DNA from: Elusimicrobiota bacterium
Lineage (GTDB): Bacteria; Elusimicrobiota; Elusimicrobia; FEN-1173; JAKLIF01
Length of the DNA stretch: 64,000 nt
Assembly: GCA_022709755.1 (NCBI GenBank)
Contig: JAKLIF010000003.1
Coordinates: 29,171 to 93,170, forward strand
Reading direction: 5' to 3'
Shown piece by piece: positions 27,020 to 36,963 of the stretch (its first letter is position 1; every line of letters begins with the position of its first letter). Below the pieces are notes generated by a model, which saw only the letters and a program-made list of their open reading frames with translations, was not told the DNA's origin and searched no databases. Made by a program: the position numbers and the translations under genes.

Positions 27020-29425
27020 TCACGGGGCCTCTCCGAAGACGGGTTGTCGCTCGATATGGATCTGGGAACTGTTCCCCGGCCGGGGGTTCCCCGTCCCGCG
27101 CAGAAGGGGGAACGAGTTGGCGTCATACCATTCGAGGTGCTGTTGTTCCAATAAGGGGAGGTTGATCGTGGAGACCGTGTAGGCGGAGGGGGGGAGACTC
27201 CGTTGTTTCTGGCGGAGCTGGAGCGTGAACGGGGCCGTGGAGGGGTCCGTCTCGAAGGACACGGTCCCCGCGTTTTCAGATATCTTGAAATCCAACTGGC
27301 CGCTCCACGCCTGGCTGGTGCCGCCGGCGATGCGGAACCGTTCGAGTTGTCCTCCCGGGATGCGCAAGGTCCCTTCCAGAGGGGTCTCCGGGACGGTGTT
27401 GACGGTGATCACGGTGCGGGTCCGGTCGGGGTTGTGGGCGTCCATGGTCCGACGGAGCATGGACAACGTGGACCGGTCGCGCCGGGCCAGGTTCACCGTT
27501 TCGTCGGGGTCCATCCAAAGGTCGTAGACCTCCTCCTCGTCGAACTGGGTGACGACGGATTTGTCCCCGAAGATGGATTTTTTCGTGAAGCGGAGAGGGA
27601 TCGGTTCGTGGCGGATGTATTTGAGATGCCCTTCGCTGATGAACCCCTTGCAGTGCAGTCCCGTCAGAAGGAGGGGGGCGGGTTCGCTGCCTTCTCCGTA
27701 GGACGGCGCGGAAAAATAGGATTGGGCCCTTCCCCGGAACCCGGGCGGCGGGGCGATGTCGAGGATCGAGAGGATGACCGGCGAGAAGTCCAGGAGTTGG
27801 ACCGGCCCCGGCAGTTTCTGGCCCTGCGGCATCGACGGATGTTTCATGGCCCAGACCACGCGGACGTCTCCCTCCCTCAGGTTGAGCCCGGGATCGGTCA
27901 ACACGCCGAAGGCCGGTTGTCCATCGAGCAAGACCGGTTTCGGTTGGAAATCAATGCCGTGCATCGAGAGGAAGGAGACGAGCCCGTCGTCCCACGTCTT
28001 CAGGGCGTCCATCACCGAGAAAAGCCAGCCGACGTATTCGTCGATGTAAGCCAGCTGGCTGAGGTAGGACCATTGTTCGAGGCCGATCCCTCCGTAGAAG
28101 AGCTTGGGGAGCGCGCGGGCGAAGAAGCGGATGGGGATCAGCGTGTCGGTCCGGGGTTCGCTGAAGAAGACGAAAAGACAGAAGGGCCGGTTGTCGCGGT
28201 TTCGGGCCAACCAATCGGCCGTCTCCTGGGCGATGTGCGCCGGTTCGTAGCCGGGGTGGTCGAACAGCACCGCCTCGTCGAATCCCCAGTCGATCCCTTC
28301 GGGGGAACCGTCGGCAATCTCCGGCAGGGATCCGATGGCCGCCGTCTGATATCCCTTCTCCCGGAGGACCGTCGGCAGGGTCGGGATCTTCTTCATGTAG
28401 AAACGTTCTTTCTCCACGCGGGTCAGCGAATTTCCGAACGGGAGAAAGTCCATCTGGAACGGCCAGCGGGAGGCCAACAAGGAGGGCAACGCCAGCCGGG
28501 GCGTGTTCCCGTTGGAATAGACGATCTGGCTGTCGATCCCTTCGTGGATGAACCGGTCCATGTTGGGCGTGAGGGACTTCTTGAAACCGTGCGCGCCGAG
28601 CGATGACCAGTTGAGCGGGTCCACCACCAGCACGATCAGGTTGTTCCGCGTCGGGGCGTTGGGGTTCGCCGGTCCCCAGAGCCGCGGATTGGCCCAGAAG
28701 GCGTGGGCGGGTTCCGGGGAATCCGCCGGAGAGACCGGGACCGTCTTGAAACGCAGGGTCGTCTTCTTTCCGGCGGCGTTCCCGAACCTGACGGTGCCGT
28801 GGATCCATCGTTCGTCGGGCGGGACCGGGCGGTGGAGGACGCGTCGGACGGCCTTTTTGATGAAGGAACGGGAGGGGGAGGAGTCCGGGACCGATTCCGT
28901 CGAAAAGAGGGTGGCCGTCTTGCCGTCTTCGTCCACCGCTTCGATGAGGAAACGGACCGCGGGACCGGGCGAGAGGACGCCGCAATCGAATTCCAGGAGC
29001 CCGTTCGGCGGGACGTCCACATGGAATTCATACGTGGTGGAGGCCGGCGCGTAGAGGGCATGGCGCCGGACCGTGCGTGCGCTGTCTTCTCTCAGGGAGA
29101 CGTGCACCGCGTGGTCGGACGAGTGCCATCGCCGGTTCGCGTTGACGGCGGGTCGCAGGACCAATTGCAACCGCGAGGATTCGAACCGGTCGGATTGGAT
29201 CCTGGCTTCCGCGACGTGGTCGATGAAAGAATAAACGATCTGCCGAGCGGGGGCCGCGTCTTGGATCCCGGGAAACCGGAACGGGATCCGCTGGTCGTTC
29301 GGCCAGAGATAGGTGAAGTAACAGAAGGAGGCCACCACGACGGCCAGGAGGACGACGATCAGGGTGTATTCGATCGTGCGTTGCCGGGTCACCCGGCGGA
29401 GTTGGAGAGGGTTTTGAGAGGTCAC
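27020..29425 (-). CDS. sulfatase-family (alkaline-phosphatase superfamily) protein with a single N-terminal TM anchor and a large C-terminal extension
   Basis: TM IEYTLIVVLLAVVVASFCYF. Core LIVLVVDPLNWSSLGAHG...TPNMDRF...GNTPRLALPSLLASRWP. 801 aa. Confidence 0.7.
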   Translation of the reverse strand: MTSQNPLQLRRVTRQRTIEYTLIVVLLAVVVASFCYFTYLWPNDQRIPFRFPGIQDAAPARQIVYSFIDHVAEARIQSDRFESSRLQLVLRPAVNANRRWHSSDHAVHVSLREDSARTVRRHALYAPASTTYEFHVDVPPNGLLEFDCGVLSPGPAVRFLIEAVDEDGKTATLFSTESVPDSSPSRSFIKKAVRRVLHRPVPPDERWIHGTVRFGNAAGKKTTLRFKTVPVSPADSPEPAHAFWANPRLWGPANPNAPTRNNLIVLVVDPLNWSSLGAHGFKKSLTPNMDRFIHEGIDSQIVYSNGNTPRLALPSLLASRWPFQMDFLPFGNSLTRVEKERFYMKKIPTLPTVLREKGYQTAAIGSLPEIADGSPEGIDWGFDEAVLFDHPGYEPAHIAQETADWLARNRDNRPFCLFVFFSEPRTDTLIPIRFFARALPKLFYGGIGLEQWSYLSQLAYIDEYVGWLFSVMDALKTWDDGLVSFLSMHGIDFQPKPVLLDGQPAFGVLTDPGLNLREGDVRVVWAMKHPSMPQGQKLPGPVQLLDFSPVILSILDIAPPPGFRGRAQSYFSAPSYGEGSEPAPLLLTGLHCKGFISEGHLKYIRHEPIPLRFTKKSIFGDKSVVTQFDEEEVYDLWMDPDETVNLARRDRSTLSMLRRTMDAHNPDRTRTVITVNTVPETPLEGTLRIPGGQLERFRIAGGTSQAWSGQLDFKISENAGTVSFETDPSTAPFTLQLRQKQRSLPPSAYTVSTINLPLLEQQHLEWYDANSFPLLRGTGNPRPGNSSQIHIERQPVFGEAP

Positions 29426-29493
29426 AAAGAACCGGTCCTCCGGTCGTCAGGGTTTTCGCAGAGGGGACGCGCCGTCACGGAGGGGGACGTCCG

Positions 29494-29991
29494 TCAGCGG
29501 TAATTGTCGAATTGGACGGGGATGCCGAAATCTTTCGAGCGGAGCAAGGCGATGACCGACTGGAGGTCGTCTTTGGCGCGGCCGGTGACGCGGACCTGTT
29601 CTCCCTGGATGGATGCGGTGACCTTGATCTTCGAATCCTTGATCACGCGGACGATCTCCTTGGCCTTCTCCGACGCGATCCCCTGGTTGATCTTGGCCAC
29701 TTGGCGGACCGTGGCGCTCTCGGCGGGTTCGATCTTCTGGTATTGGAGGGCTTGCAGGGAGATTCCCTGTTTGACCAGACGGCCCTGGAGCACGTCGATG
29801 ACGCTCTTGAGTTTCCCTTCATCGTCGCTGTAGAGGGTGATTTGGGCCAGTTTCTTGTCGAGTTCGATGCGGCTGACGCTGCCGCGGAAATCGAAACGGG
29901 TGGATATCTCGCGCGCCGCTGTGTTGACGGCGTTGTCGACCGCCTGAAGGTCCACTTTGCTTACGATGTCGAATGAAAATTCCTGTGCCAT
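29494..29991 (-). CDS. yajQ: YajQ-family (UPF0234) nucleotide / c-di-GMP-binding protein
   Basis: 165 aa with the typical duplicated ferredoxin-like YajQ sequence FDIVSKVDLQAVDNAVN...IKVTASIQGEQVRVTG. Confidence 0.8.
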   Translation of the reverse strand: MAQEFSFDIVSKVDLQAVDNAVNTAAREISTRFDFRGSVSRIELDKKLAQITLYSDDEGKLKSVIDVLQGRLVKQGISLQALQYQKIEPAESATVRQVAKINQGIASEKAKEIVRVIKDSKIKVTASIQGEQVRVTGRAKDDLQSVIALLRSKDFGIPVQFDNYR

Positions 29992-30009
29992 GTGAGAAGT
30001 CTCCTTTTC

Positions 30010-30432
30010 TTATTGCTTTAAAAAAGCCATTCCGGCGACGACCAGGACGACGCCGATGAATTTCTGGGGGGTGAGGGATTCCCGGCCCAACGCCAGACTG
30101 AGAAGGAACGCCACCAGGGGCCACGAGCCGGAGAGGGCGGTGATGCGGCCGATCTCGCCGGTCTTGAGGGCCTTATAGAAGAAGAGTTGTCCGACCACGG
30201 CCGCCGCCAGACCGCTGGTGGCCAGAAGGGTGAACGAACGGATCCCCATCTTGGCGACGTGCTGGAGAATGGGAGGCCAGGCCGCGGTGAGCAGGAGTAT
30301 CCCGGCCGTCGCCCCCATGCAACGGGCCCAGAGCCCGGCCATGGGGTCCGCGTCGCGCAACCCCATCTTTTCCACGATGGCGGTGGCTCCCCAGATCAGG
30401 GCGGCGATGATGGCGATCCAAAACGAGGTCAT
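30010..30432 (-). CDS. EamA-like small transporter (DMT superfamily, 4 TM)
   Basis: 140 aa with four hydrophobic helices. AAGGAG SD for the downstream yajQ lies just after its stop. Confidence 0.65.
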   Translation of the reverse strand: MTSFWIAIIAALIWGATAIVEKMGLRDADPMAGLWARCMGATAGILLLTAAWPPILQHVAKMGIRSFTLLATSGLAAAVVGQLFFYKALKTGEIGRITALSGSWPLVAFLLSLALGRESLTPQKFIGVVLVVAGMAFLKQ

Positions 30433-30518
30433 GGGCCCTTCCTTTCCCGGTCAATAATAATGATGTATGAAAACGCCGCTACAATTGTACAATGAGAGGA
30501 CCCAAGGCACAAATCCTA

Positions 30519-31571
30519 ATGAACGATATTCTATATCAAAGCCGTTTCCTGAAAGCCTGCCGCCGCGAAAAAACGGACGTCACGCCGGTCTGGCTGATGC
30601 GCCAGGCGGGCCGCTATATGAAGAGCTATCGGGCGCTCCGGGCCAAACATTCCTTTCTGGAGATGTGCCGCACGCCGGAACTGGCCGCCCGCGTGACGGT
30701 CGACGCCGTGGACCAGTTGGGCGTGGACGCCGCCATCCTTTTTTCGGATATCTTGCTGATCCTCCAGGCGTTCGGGCGGGAACTCCGCTACGAGTCGGAG
30801 GTCGGGCCCGTCGTCACGCCCGCTCTCACCGAGGCGCGGCTGGTCGGGAGACTTCCGCGGATATCCGTCGATGAATCGCTGGGTTTCGTGTTCGAGGCGG
30901 TGCGCCTGGCCCGGGCCGGTCTGCCGCCGTCTCTCCCGCTGATCGGATTCGCGGGGGCCCCGTTCACGCTGGCCGCATACCTGATCGAGGGTGGAAAATC
31001 CCATCAGTTCGTGAAGACCCGGTCGTTCATGTATCAGCATCCGGCCGAATGGGACCGGTTGATGGGGAAATTGTCGGACGCGACCTCGGACTACCTGCGG
31101 GGACAGATCGACGCCGGCGTTCAGGCGGTGCAGGTGTTCGACAGCTGGGTCGGTTGCCTCTCCCCGGCGGACTATCGCAACAGCGTGTTGCCTTACACGG
31201 AACGGATCGTGGCGTCCGTCCGATCGCGCGTGCCCGTGATCTATTTCGGCACCCAGACGGCCGCCCTGCTCCCCTGGATGAAGAAGACGGGGTGCGACGT
31301 GATGGGGTTGGATTGGCGGGTGGATCTGAAAGAAGAGTGGGACCGGCTGGGACGGACCGCCGTGATGGGGAACCTGGACCCGGCGGTGCTGTTGGCGTCC
31401 CGCGCGGACATCAAGAGGAACGCCGAGGCGATCCTGCGGAGCGTGGCCGGCCGGCCGGGACATATCTTCAATCTGGGGCACGGCGTGTTGCCCACGACCC
31501 CGCCGGACCATGTGAAGTATCTGGTGGACGTCGTCCATCGGTTCTCCGGGGCCCGGTCGCGTCTTTCGTAA
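30519..31571 (+). CDS. hemE: uroporphyrinogen decarboxylase
   Basis: PVWLMRQAGRYM (the URO-D signature PxWxMRQAGR), conserved along its full length. Confidence 0.9.
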   Translation: MNDILYQSRFLKACRREKTDVTPVWLMRQAGRYMKSYRALRAKHSFLEMCRTPELAARVTVDAVDQLGVDAAILFSDILLILQAFGRELRYESEVGPVVTPALTEARLVGRLPRISVDESLGFVFEAVRLARAGLPPSLPLIGFAGAPFTLAAYLIEGGKSHQFVKTRSFMYQHPAEWDRLMGKLSDATSDYLRGQIDAGVQAVQVFDSWVGCLSPADYRNSVLPYTERIVASVRSRVPVIYFGTQTAALLPWMKKTGCDVMGLDWRVDLKEEWDRLGRTAVMGNLDPAVLLASRADIKRNAEAILRSVAGRPGHIFNLGHGVLPTTPPDHVKYLVDVVHRFSGARSRLS

Positions 31572-31628
31572 ACAAGGTAAAAAACGTATCATGGGGGGCG
31601 CATTGAAATCCTCCGGAGGAGACGTCTC

Positions 31629-32144
31629 ATGAAACCAACTTCGAACAAGACACTGACACAGGCGGAGATCGAAAAACTGAAGTGGAACCAATCCACCATC
31701 GGCGGAGTGCAACTGGTGGCGCTGGAGACCAATATGGACGACCGGGGTTACCTGGTGGAGATCGTGCGGAGCACCGATCCCTACGTGCCGAAGTTCGGAC
31801 AGGTGTATCTGGTGGGGAACCTGACCCGGGGCGTGGTCCGCGCGTTCCATAAACACGAGGTCCTGTGGGACTACTTTTTCATCAGTCATGGTTCGGCGAA
31901 GTTCGTTCTGGTGGATGACCGGCCTCAGAGCCCCACTTACGGAGCGGTGAACATTTTCATCTTGTCGACGAAAAAACACAGTCTTTTGGTGATCCCGCCC
32001 GGAGTCTTCCATGGATGGATGTCTCTGGAGGACGACACGCAGATGATCAGCACGGCGTCGGAAGTATATAACCGGCAGAAACCGGACGAGGTCCGCATCG
32101 CGCCGGATAGTTTCGGCGACCTGTGGACGGTCCGGGGACGGTGA
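31629..32144 (+). CDS. RmlC-like cupin sugar-nucleotide 3,5-epimerase
   Basis: 171 aa. DDRGYLVEI...HKH...PPGVFHGW matches the dTDP-4-dehydrorhamnose 3,5-epimerase fold. A perfect 12-bp palindrome TCCTCCGGAGGA covers its SD (31609-31620). Confidence 0.7.
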   Translation: MKPTSNKTLTQAEIEKLKWNQSTIGGVQLVALETNMDDRGYLVEIVRSTDPYVPKFGQVYLVGNLTRGVVRAFHKHEVLWDYFFISHGSAKFVLVDDRPQSPTYGAVNIFILSTKKHSLLVIPPGVFHGWMSLEDDTQMISTASEVYNRQKPDEVRIAPDSFGDLWTVRGR

Positions 32145-32147
32145 ACC

Positions 32148-33224
32148 ATGGGTAAGATACTGGTCGTCGGCGGAGGCGGGTATGTGGGGAGCGTCCTGTG
32201 CCGTGAACTCCTCGACCGGGGGTTCGCCGTCAAGGTGGCGGACCGGTTCTATTACGGCAACGCCGGTCTCAACGACATCAAGGAACGCATCGAGATCCAG
32301 ACGGCCGATCTGCGCGCGTTGACTCCCGCCGATCTGGAGAACGTGGACGCCGTGGTCAATCTGGGGGGGCTCTCCAACGACCCCACGGCGGAATACAGTC
32401 CGGAAGCCAACTGGGACATCAACGCCCTGGGCGCCGAACATCTGGCGAAACTGAGCCGCGAGGCCGGCGTGCGGCGGTATATCCTGGCGTCGTCGGCGTC
32501 CGTCTACGACCTCGGGTCCTTCGATGAAGACGAGGATGTCGTCCAGACCGAAGAGTCGAAGGTGAAACCGAAGGCGGCCTACGCCGTGTCCAAACTGGAA
32601 GCGGAACGCCGCGTGTTGGCCCTGGCCGATAAGAAGTTCTGCCCCGTGATACTGCGGAAAGGGACCGTCTACGGGTTTTCCCCGAGGATGCGCTACGACT
32701 TGGTGGTCAACACCTTCGTGAAAGACGCGCTCTCGTCGGGACATATCACTTTGTATTACGGCGGAGAGATGTGGCGGCCGATGGTGGAGATTCACGACGT
32801 GTCGCGCGCCTACATCCTGGCCATCCAGGCCCCCGCGGAGAAGGTCTGCGCGCAGGTCTTCAACGTGGTCCATCGGAATTTTCGCATCTCCGAGGTGGGA
32901 TTGCGGGTCAAACAGAAACTCGTGCAGATGGGAGTGCCGACGAAAATCCAGGTGGATTACACCTACCGCGGGGTTCGCAACTATCGCGTCTCCGGCCGGA
33001 AGATCCGCCAGGTGCTGGGGTGGAACCCGGTCGTGACCGTGGACGAGTCGGTCGAGGTGATGGTCGGTAAGATCCGGGAACTCGGCTATACGAATTTTGA
33101 CCATCCGCGCTATTACAACATCGAGTGGCTTAAACTTCTGCAGGAGACCCGCGGCGCCGATCCGGCCGGGAAACAGGAGAGCATCTTCAGCGTTTCCGCC
33201 AACCTGCCGGCCCACCCGGCCTGA
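32148..33224 (+). CDS. NAD-dependent epimerase/dehydratase (extended SDR)
   Basis: GGGGYVGSVL Rossmann motif and the YxxxK-like YAVSK motif. 3-nt gap after the cupin gene. Confidence 0.8.
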   Translation: MGKILVVGGGGYVGSVLCRELLDRGFAVKVADRFYYGNAGLNDIKERIEIQTADLRALTPADLENVDAVVNLGGLSNDPTAEYSPEANWDINALGAEHLAKLSREAGVRRYILASSASVYDLGSFDEDEDVVQTEESKVKPKAAYAVSKLEAERRVLALADKKFCPVILRKGTVYGFSPRMRYDLVVNTFVKDALSSGHITLYYGGEMWRPMVEIHDVSRAYILAIQAPAEKVCAQVFNVVHRNFRISEVGLRVKQKLVQMGVPTKIQVDYTYRGVRNYRVSGRKIRQVLGWNPVVTVDESVEVMVGKIRELGYTNFDHPRYYNIEWLKLLQETRGADPAGKQESIFSVSANLPAHPA

Positions 33225-33386
33225 CCTCTTCGCCTCACCGGACCCCGCCCCGGGGTCCTTGAAAACCTCCGTCACAACCCCCGCGATCTGAGCGGAGGGC
33301 CTCTCCGCCCGCGACGCGATTTCCTTGCAGCTCGCCGACGGAAATGATAAAATTCAGTTGAAAGGATTTTCCGTGAGGAGGAACCC

Positions 33387-34598
33387 TTGAAAACCATCTA
33401 TTTCGACTACAACGCGACCACTCCCATCCGGCCGGAAGTCCATGAGGAGATGAAGCCTTGGATGGAGCCGGGCGGAGAGTTCGGCAACCCGTCCAGCATT
33501 CATTCGGTGGGGATGAAGGCGCGCGCGGCCGTTGAAAAAGCACGGGGTCAGGTGGCGACGCTCCTGGGTGTTTCGGATCCGGGACAGATCGTTTTCACCT
33601 CCGGCGGCACCGAGGCCGATAACATGGCCATCAAGGGGGCGGCCCTGTCCCACCGGGAAGCCAAGCACATCGTCACCAGTTCCATCGAACATCACGCGGT
33701 CCTCAACGTGTGCGAATACCTCAAGGAGAATTTCGGTTATCGGGTCACCTTCCTTCCCGTGGATAAGGGGGGGCGTGTCGACCCGGAGGCCGTCGCCCGG
33801 GCGATCGAGCCGGATACGCTGATGGTCAGCGTGATGCTGGCCAACAACGAGATCGGCACGTTGCAGCCCATCGAGAAGATCGGGGCCCTCTGCCGCGACC
33901 GGCGGATCCTTTTCCACACCGACGCCGTCCAGGCGGTCGGAAAGATCCCCCTGTCTTTGGACAAGATGCCCGTCGACCTCCTCTCCCTGTCGGCGCACAA
34001 GATCTATGGCCCTAAGGGGATCGGCGCGCTGTATATCCGCAAGGGGACGCGCCTTCAATCGCTTTTTCATGGAGGCCAGCACGAAAAGAACCGCCGGGCC
34101 GGCACCGAGAACCTCTCCGGCATCGTCGGGTTGGGGGCGGCCTGCGCCGCGATCGGTCCCGAAATGGAAGCGGAGGAAGCCCGTCAGCGCCGGCTGAGGG
34201 ACCGGCTGGAAAAAGGATTGTTGGATCAGATCCCCTCGTCCCGCGTGAACGGACATCCGACGGAACGCTTGAACAATACCGCCCACCTGTCGTTTGAATG
34301 CGTGGAAGGGGAAGGGCTTCTGATGCTGTTGGATGCGGCCCAGGCCGACCGGCCGGGGCTGGCCGTCTCCACGGGATCGGCGTGCGCGTCGGGGTCCCTG
34401 GAACCGTCCCATGTGATGCAGGCGTTGGGGGTGGGACCCGAATGGATCCACGGGAGCGTCCGTTTTTCTCTTGGAAAATTCAACACCGAGGAGGACGTCG
34501 ACTGGGCCCTGAAACTGGTGCCCCCGGTGGTGGCCCGTCTTCGGGAGATGTCGCCTCTCTGGCAAGACAAAATAAAAAGATCGGCGGTGAAAAACTGA
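33387..34598 (+). CDS. iscS: cysteine desulfurase (NifS/IscS family)
   Basis: TTG start with GAGGAGGA SD. SAHKIYGPKGIGALY (PLP lysine) and the active-site loop GSACASGSLEPSHV. Confidence 0.9.
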   Translation: MKTIYFDYNATTPIRPEVHEEMKPWMEPGGEFGNPSSIHSVGMKARAAVEKARGQVATLLGVSDPGQIVFTSGGTEADNMAIKGAALSHREAKHIVTSSIEHHAVLNVCEYLKENFGYRVTFLPVDKGGRVDPEAVARAIEPDTLMVSVMLANNEIGTLQPIEKIGALCRDRRILFHTDAVQAVGKIPLSLDKMPVDLLSLSAHKIYGPKGIGALYIRKGTRLQSLFHGGQHEKNRRAGTENLSGIVGLGAACAAIGPEMEAEEARQRRLRDRLEKGLLDQIPSSRVNGHPTERLNNTAHLSFECVEGEGLLMLLDAAQADRPGLAVSTGSACASGSLEPSHVMQALGVGPEWIHGSVRFSLGKFNTEEDVDWALKLVPPVVARLREMSPLWQDKIKRSAVKN

Positions 34599-34599
34599 C

Positions 34600-34983
34600 A
34601 TGTATACACCACAAGTGCTGGATCATTTCCAGAACCCGCGGAACGTCGGCGAAATGGCGGACGCCAACGCCGTCGGCGAGTCGGGGAGCGCCGTCTGCGG
34701 CGATGTGATGCGCATCTTCCTGCGGATCGAGGGGGGGGTCGTCCAAAAGGCCTCGTTCAAGACCTTCGGTTGCGGGGCCGCCATCGCCACGTCCTCCGTG
34801 CTGACGGAACTGGTGAAGGGAAAGACCATCGACGAAGTCCGGAAGATCAAGAACACGGACGTGGTGGCGATGCTGGGGGGTCTTCCCCCGATCAAGATCC
34901 ATTGTTCCGTGCTGGCCGAGGAGACTCTAAAAGCGGCTCTGGACGACTATGAGCGCCGCACGCCGTCCGGAACGGGGAAATGA
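34600..34983 (+). CDS. iscU: Fe-S cluster scaffold protein (NifU/IscU N-terminal type)
   Basis: GSAVCGD, FKTFGCGAAIA and IHCS cysteine motifs. 1-nt gap after iscS. Confidence 0.9.
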   Translation: MYTPQVLDHFQNPRNVGEMADANAVGESGSAVCGDVMRIFLRIEGGVVQKASFKTFGCGAAIATSSVLTELVKGKTIDEVRKIKNTDVVAMLGGLPPIKIHCSVLAEETLKAALDDYERRTPSGTGK

Positions 34984-35004
34984 CGCTTTTCCGATCCGCC
35001 CGCG

Positions 35005-36963
35005 ATGCCCGATAGACCGTATTGCGACACCTTGTTGCATCGGTCACGCCGGAAGACGCGGGAAGTGATGGTCGGTCCCGTCGGGATCGGCGGAGACAAC
35101 CCCCTTCGATTGCAGTCCATGACCACCGTCGCCACGGCCGATACCGGGCCCTGCGTCGACCAGATTCTCCGTCTCGCCGGGGCGGGTTGTGAGATCGTCC
35201 GGCTGACGGTTCCCACCGAGACAGACGCTGAAAACCTGAAACAGATCAAATCGATGTTGACGTCCCGGGGATGTCACGTGCCCTTGGTGGCGGACGTCCA
35301 TTTCCGCCAGGAGGCCGCCCTGGAGGCGGCTCTTCACGTGGAGAAAGTCCGCATCAATCCGGGGAATTATGTCGACGCCAAGGCGTTCCGGGAGAAGAAT
35401 TATGACGACCGCCGATATGCCGGGGAGTTGGAACGGATCGAAGAACGGTTCATCCCCCTGTTGAACCGGTTGAAGGAGCGAGGCCGGGCGCTGAGGATCG
35501 GCACGAACCATGGTTCTTTGTCGGACCGCATCCTGAACCGGTTCGGCGACACGCCCGAGGGGATGGTGGAGTCTGCCCTGGAGTTCATCCGGATATGCCG
35601 GAGACACGATTACCATGAGATCGTCGTCTCCATGAAAGCGTCCAACCCGAAGATCATGATCGCGGCGTATCGGCTCCTGGCCCGCCGGATGAAGGACGAG
35701 GGGATGGATTATCCGTTCCATCTGGGCGTCACGGAAGCCGGGTTCGGCGTCGATGGGCGGCTGAAGTCCGCCGTCGGGATCGGGGCCCTGTTGGAAGACG
35801 GGATCGGCGACACGCTCCGCGTCTCTTTGACGGAGGAGCCGGAACTCGAGATTCCCGTCGCCCGGAAGATCGCGCGGAGATACGGCGCGGCGCCGGCCGT
35901 CCCCGCCCCGACCGATTCCGCCGGGCTGTCGTATGTGGAGAGTTATTATTCTTATCACCGCCGGGCCACCCGCGCCGTGACCCTGGGCCCGGTTTCCCTG
36001 GGAGGAAACTCTCCGGTGAGGGTGGTCGTGTCGGGCCCGACGGAGGCGCTTCTGAGCCCGACAGGAGGCGATCTCCGCGCGGAGATCGCCGTTCAGCCCA
36101 TGGAGACCGAGGAGGATCGGGCCGGGTTCCGGAAGATACGGAAAGATTTGGAGTCGCGGAGGAAGGTGATGGCCGTCGTCTTTGAGATATCGTCGTCTCC
36201 CGGGGATGACTTCTCTCTCGATGAGGCCGACGGCGTCTGTTGGCGGGGGGCCGATCCGGAATCGTTGAGGACGGTCGCGCGTCAGTGCGCGCAGAGACGG
36301 AAAGTCTTGATTTTGGAATCGTCGTCGGCGGACCGATTGATCGAACAGATCTCCGTCGTCTCTTCGTCGACGGCGGACCTGGCGGTCTCCTTGGTTTCGG
36401 AGGGGGGGGCGGGTTTTGTCCATGAGGCGCGTCGCCTGGTTTCGGCCGTCCCCGTCCGAGATCTCCGTCTTCCCCTGGTGTTGAAGGTCATGGCGGCACC
36501 CGCCGAGGAGGACGAATCCCACTCACTGAGAGCGGCCATCGAGACGGGATCCCTTCTCTGCGACGGGATCGGCGATGCCGTCCAGGTGGGATCGTCGGTC
36601 GGGCTGGCCTACGGGCTTCTCCAGGCCGCCGGTGTGCGGCAGACGCGCGCCGAATATATATCCTGTCCCTCCTGCGGACGGACCCTTTTCAAGATCCAGG
36701 AAGTCGCCGAGCGGATCTCGGCCCGGACGAGGCATCTGAAGGATCTGAAGATCGCCATCATGGGATGCATCGTGAACGGTCCCGGAGAGATGGCGGACGC
36801 CGATTTCGGTTATGTGGGGGCCGGCCCCGACCGGGTCAACCTCTACGTCGGCCGCGATTGCGTGGAGAAAGGGATCCCGGCGGACCAGGCCGTGGAACGG
36901 CTGATCCGGCTGATCCGGGAGCGGGGTCGCTGGACGGAACCGGAAGGAGATTCGACGCGATGA
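35005..36963 (+). CDS. ispG: 4-hydroxy-3-methylbut-2-en-1-yl diphosphate synthase, long form with inserted A* domain
   Basis: RRKTREVMVGPVGIGGDNPLRLQSMTT N-terminus, TIM-barrel part, ~270-aa insertion, then the C-terminal CPSCGR...GCIVNGPGE 4Fe-4S domain. Confidence 0.9.
   Translation: MPDRPYCDTLLHRSRRKTREVMVGPVGIGGDNPLRLQSMTTVATADTGPCVDQILRLAGAGCEIVRLTVPTETDAENLKQIKSMLTSRGCHVPLVADVHFRQEAALEAALHVEKVRINPGNYVDAKAFREKNYDDRRYAGELERIEERFIPLLNRLKERGRALRIGTNHGSLSDRILNRFGDTPEGMVESALEFIRICRRHDYHEIVVSMKASNPKIMIAAYRLLARRMKDEGMDYPFHLGVTEAGFGVDGRLKSAVGIGALLEDGIGDTLRVSLTEEPELEIPVARKIARRYGAAPAVPAPTDSAGLSYVESYYSYHRRATRAVTLGPVSLGGNSPVRVVVSGPTEALLSPTGGDLRAEIAVQPMETEEDRAGFRKIRKDLESRRKVMAVVFEISSSPGDDFSLDEADGVCWRGADPESLRTVARQCAQRRKVLILESSSADRLIEQISVVSSSTADLAVSLVSEGGAGFVHEARRLVSAVPVRDLRLPLVLKVMAAPAEEDESHSLRAAIETGSLLCDGIGDAVQVGSSVGLAYGLLQAAGVRQTRAEYISCPSCGRTLFKIQEVAERISARTRHLKDLKIAIMGCIVNGPGEMADADFGYVGAGPDRVNLYVGRDCVEKGIPADQAVERLIRLIRERGRWTEPEGDSTR

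Noticed and set aside
25459-28985. Plus-strand ORFs 25459-27165 and 27203-28606, minus ORFs 26048-26887 and 27951-28985
   Set aside because: Shadow frames of the two sulfatase-family genes. Asp/Glu/Arg/Gly-rich nonsense without hydrophobic cores.
33240-33258. GC-rich inverted repeat GGACCCCG-ccc-CGGGGTCC after the SDR epimerase gene, considered as a terminator
   Set aside because: No downstream U-tract (followed by TTGAAAACC), so intrinsic termination is doubtful. It may be a weak or bidirectional pause hairpin. Noted but not called.
30531-33275. 914-aa minus-strand ORF spanning hemE, the cupin and the SDR genes
   Set aside because: It is the antisense frame of three well-conserved plus-strand genes. 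Composition is extremely biased (Arg/Gly/Pro/His/Asp) with no motifs. Classic GC-rich shadow ORF.
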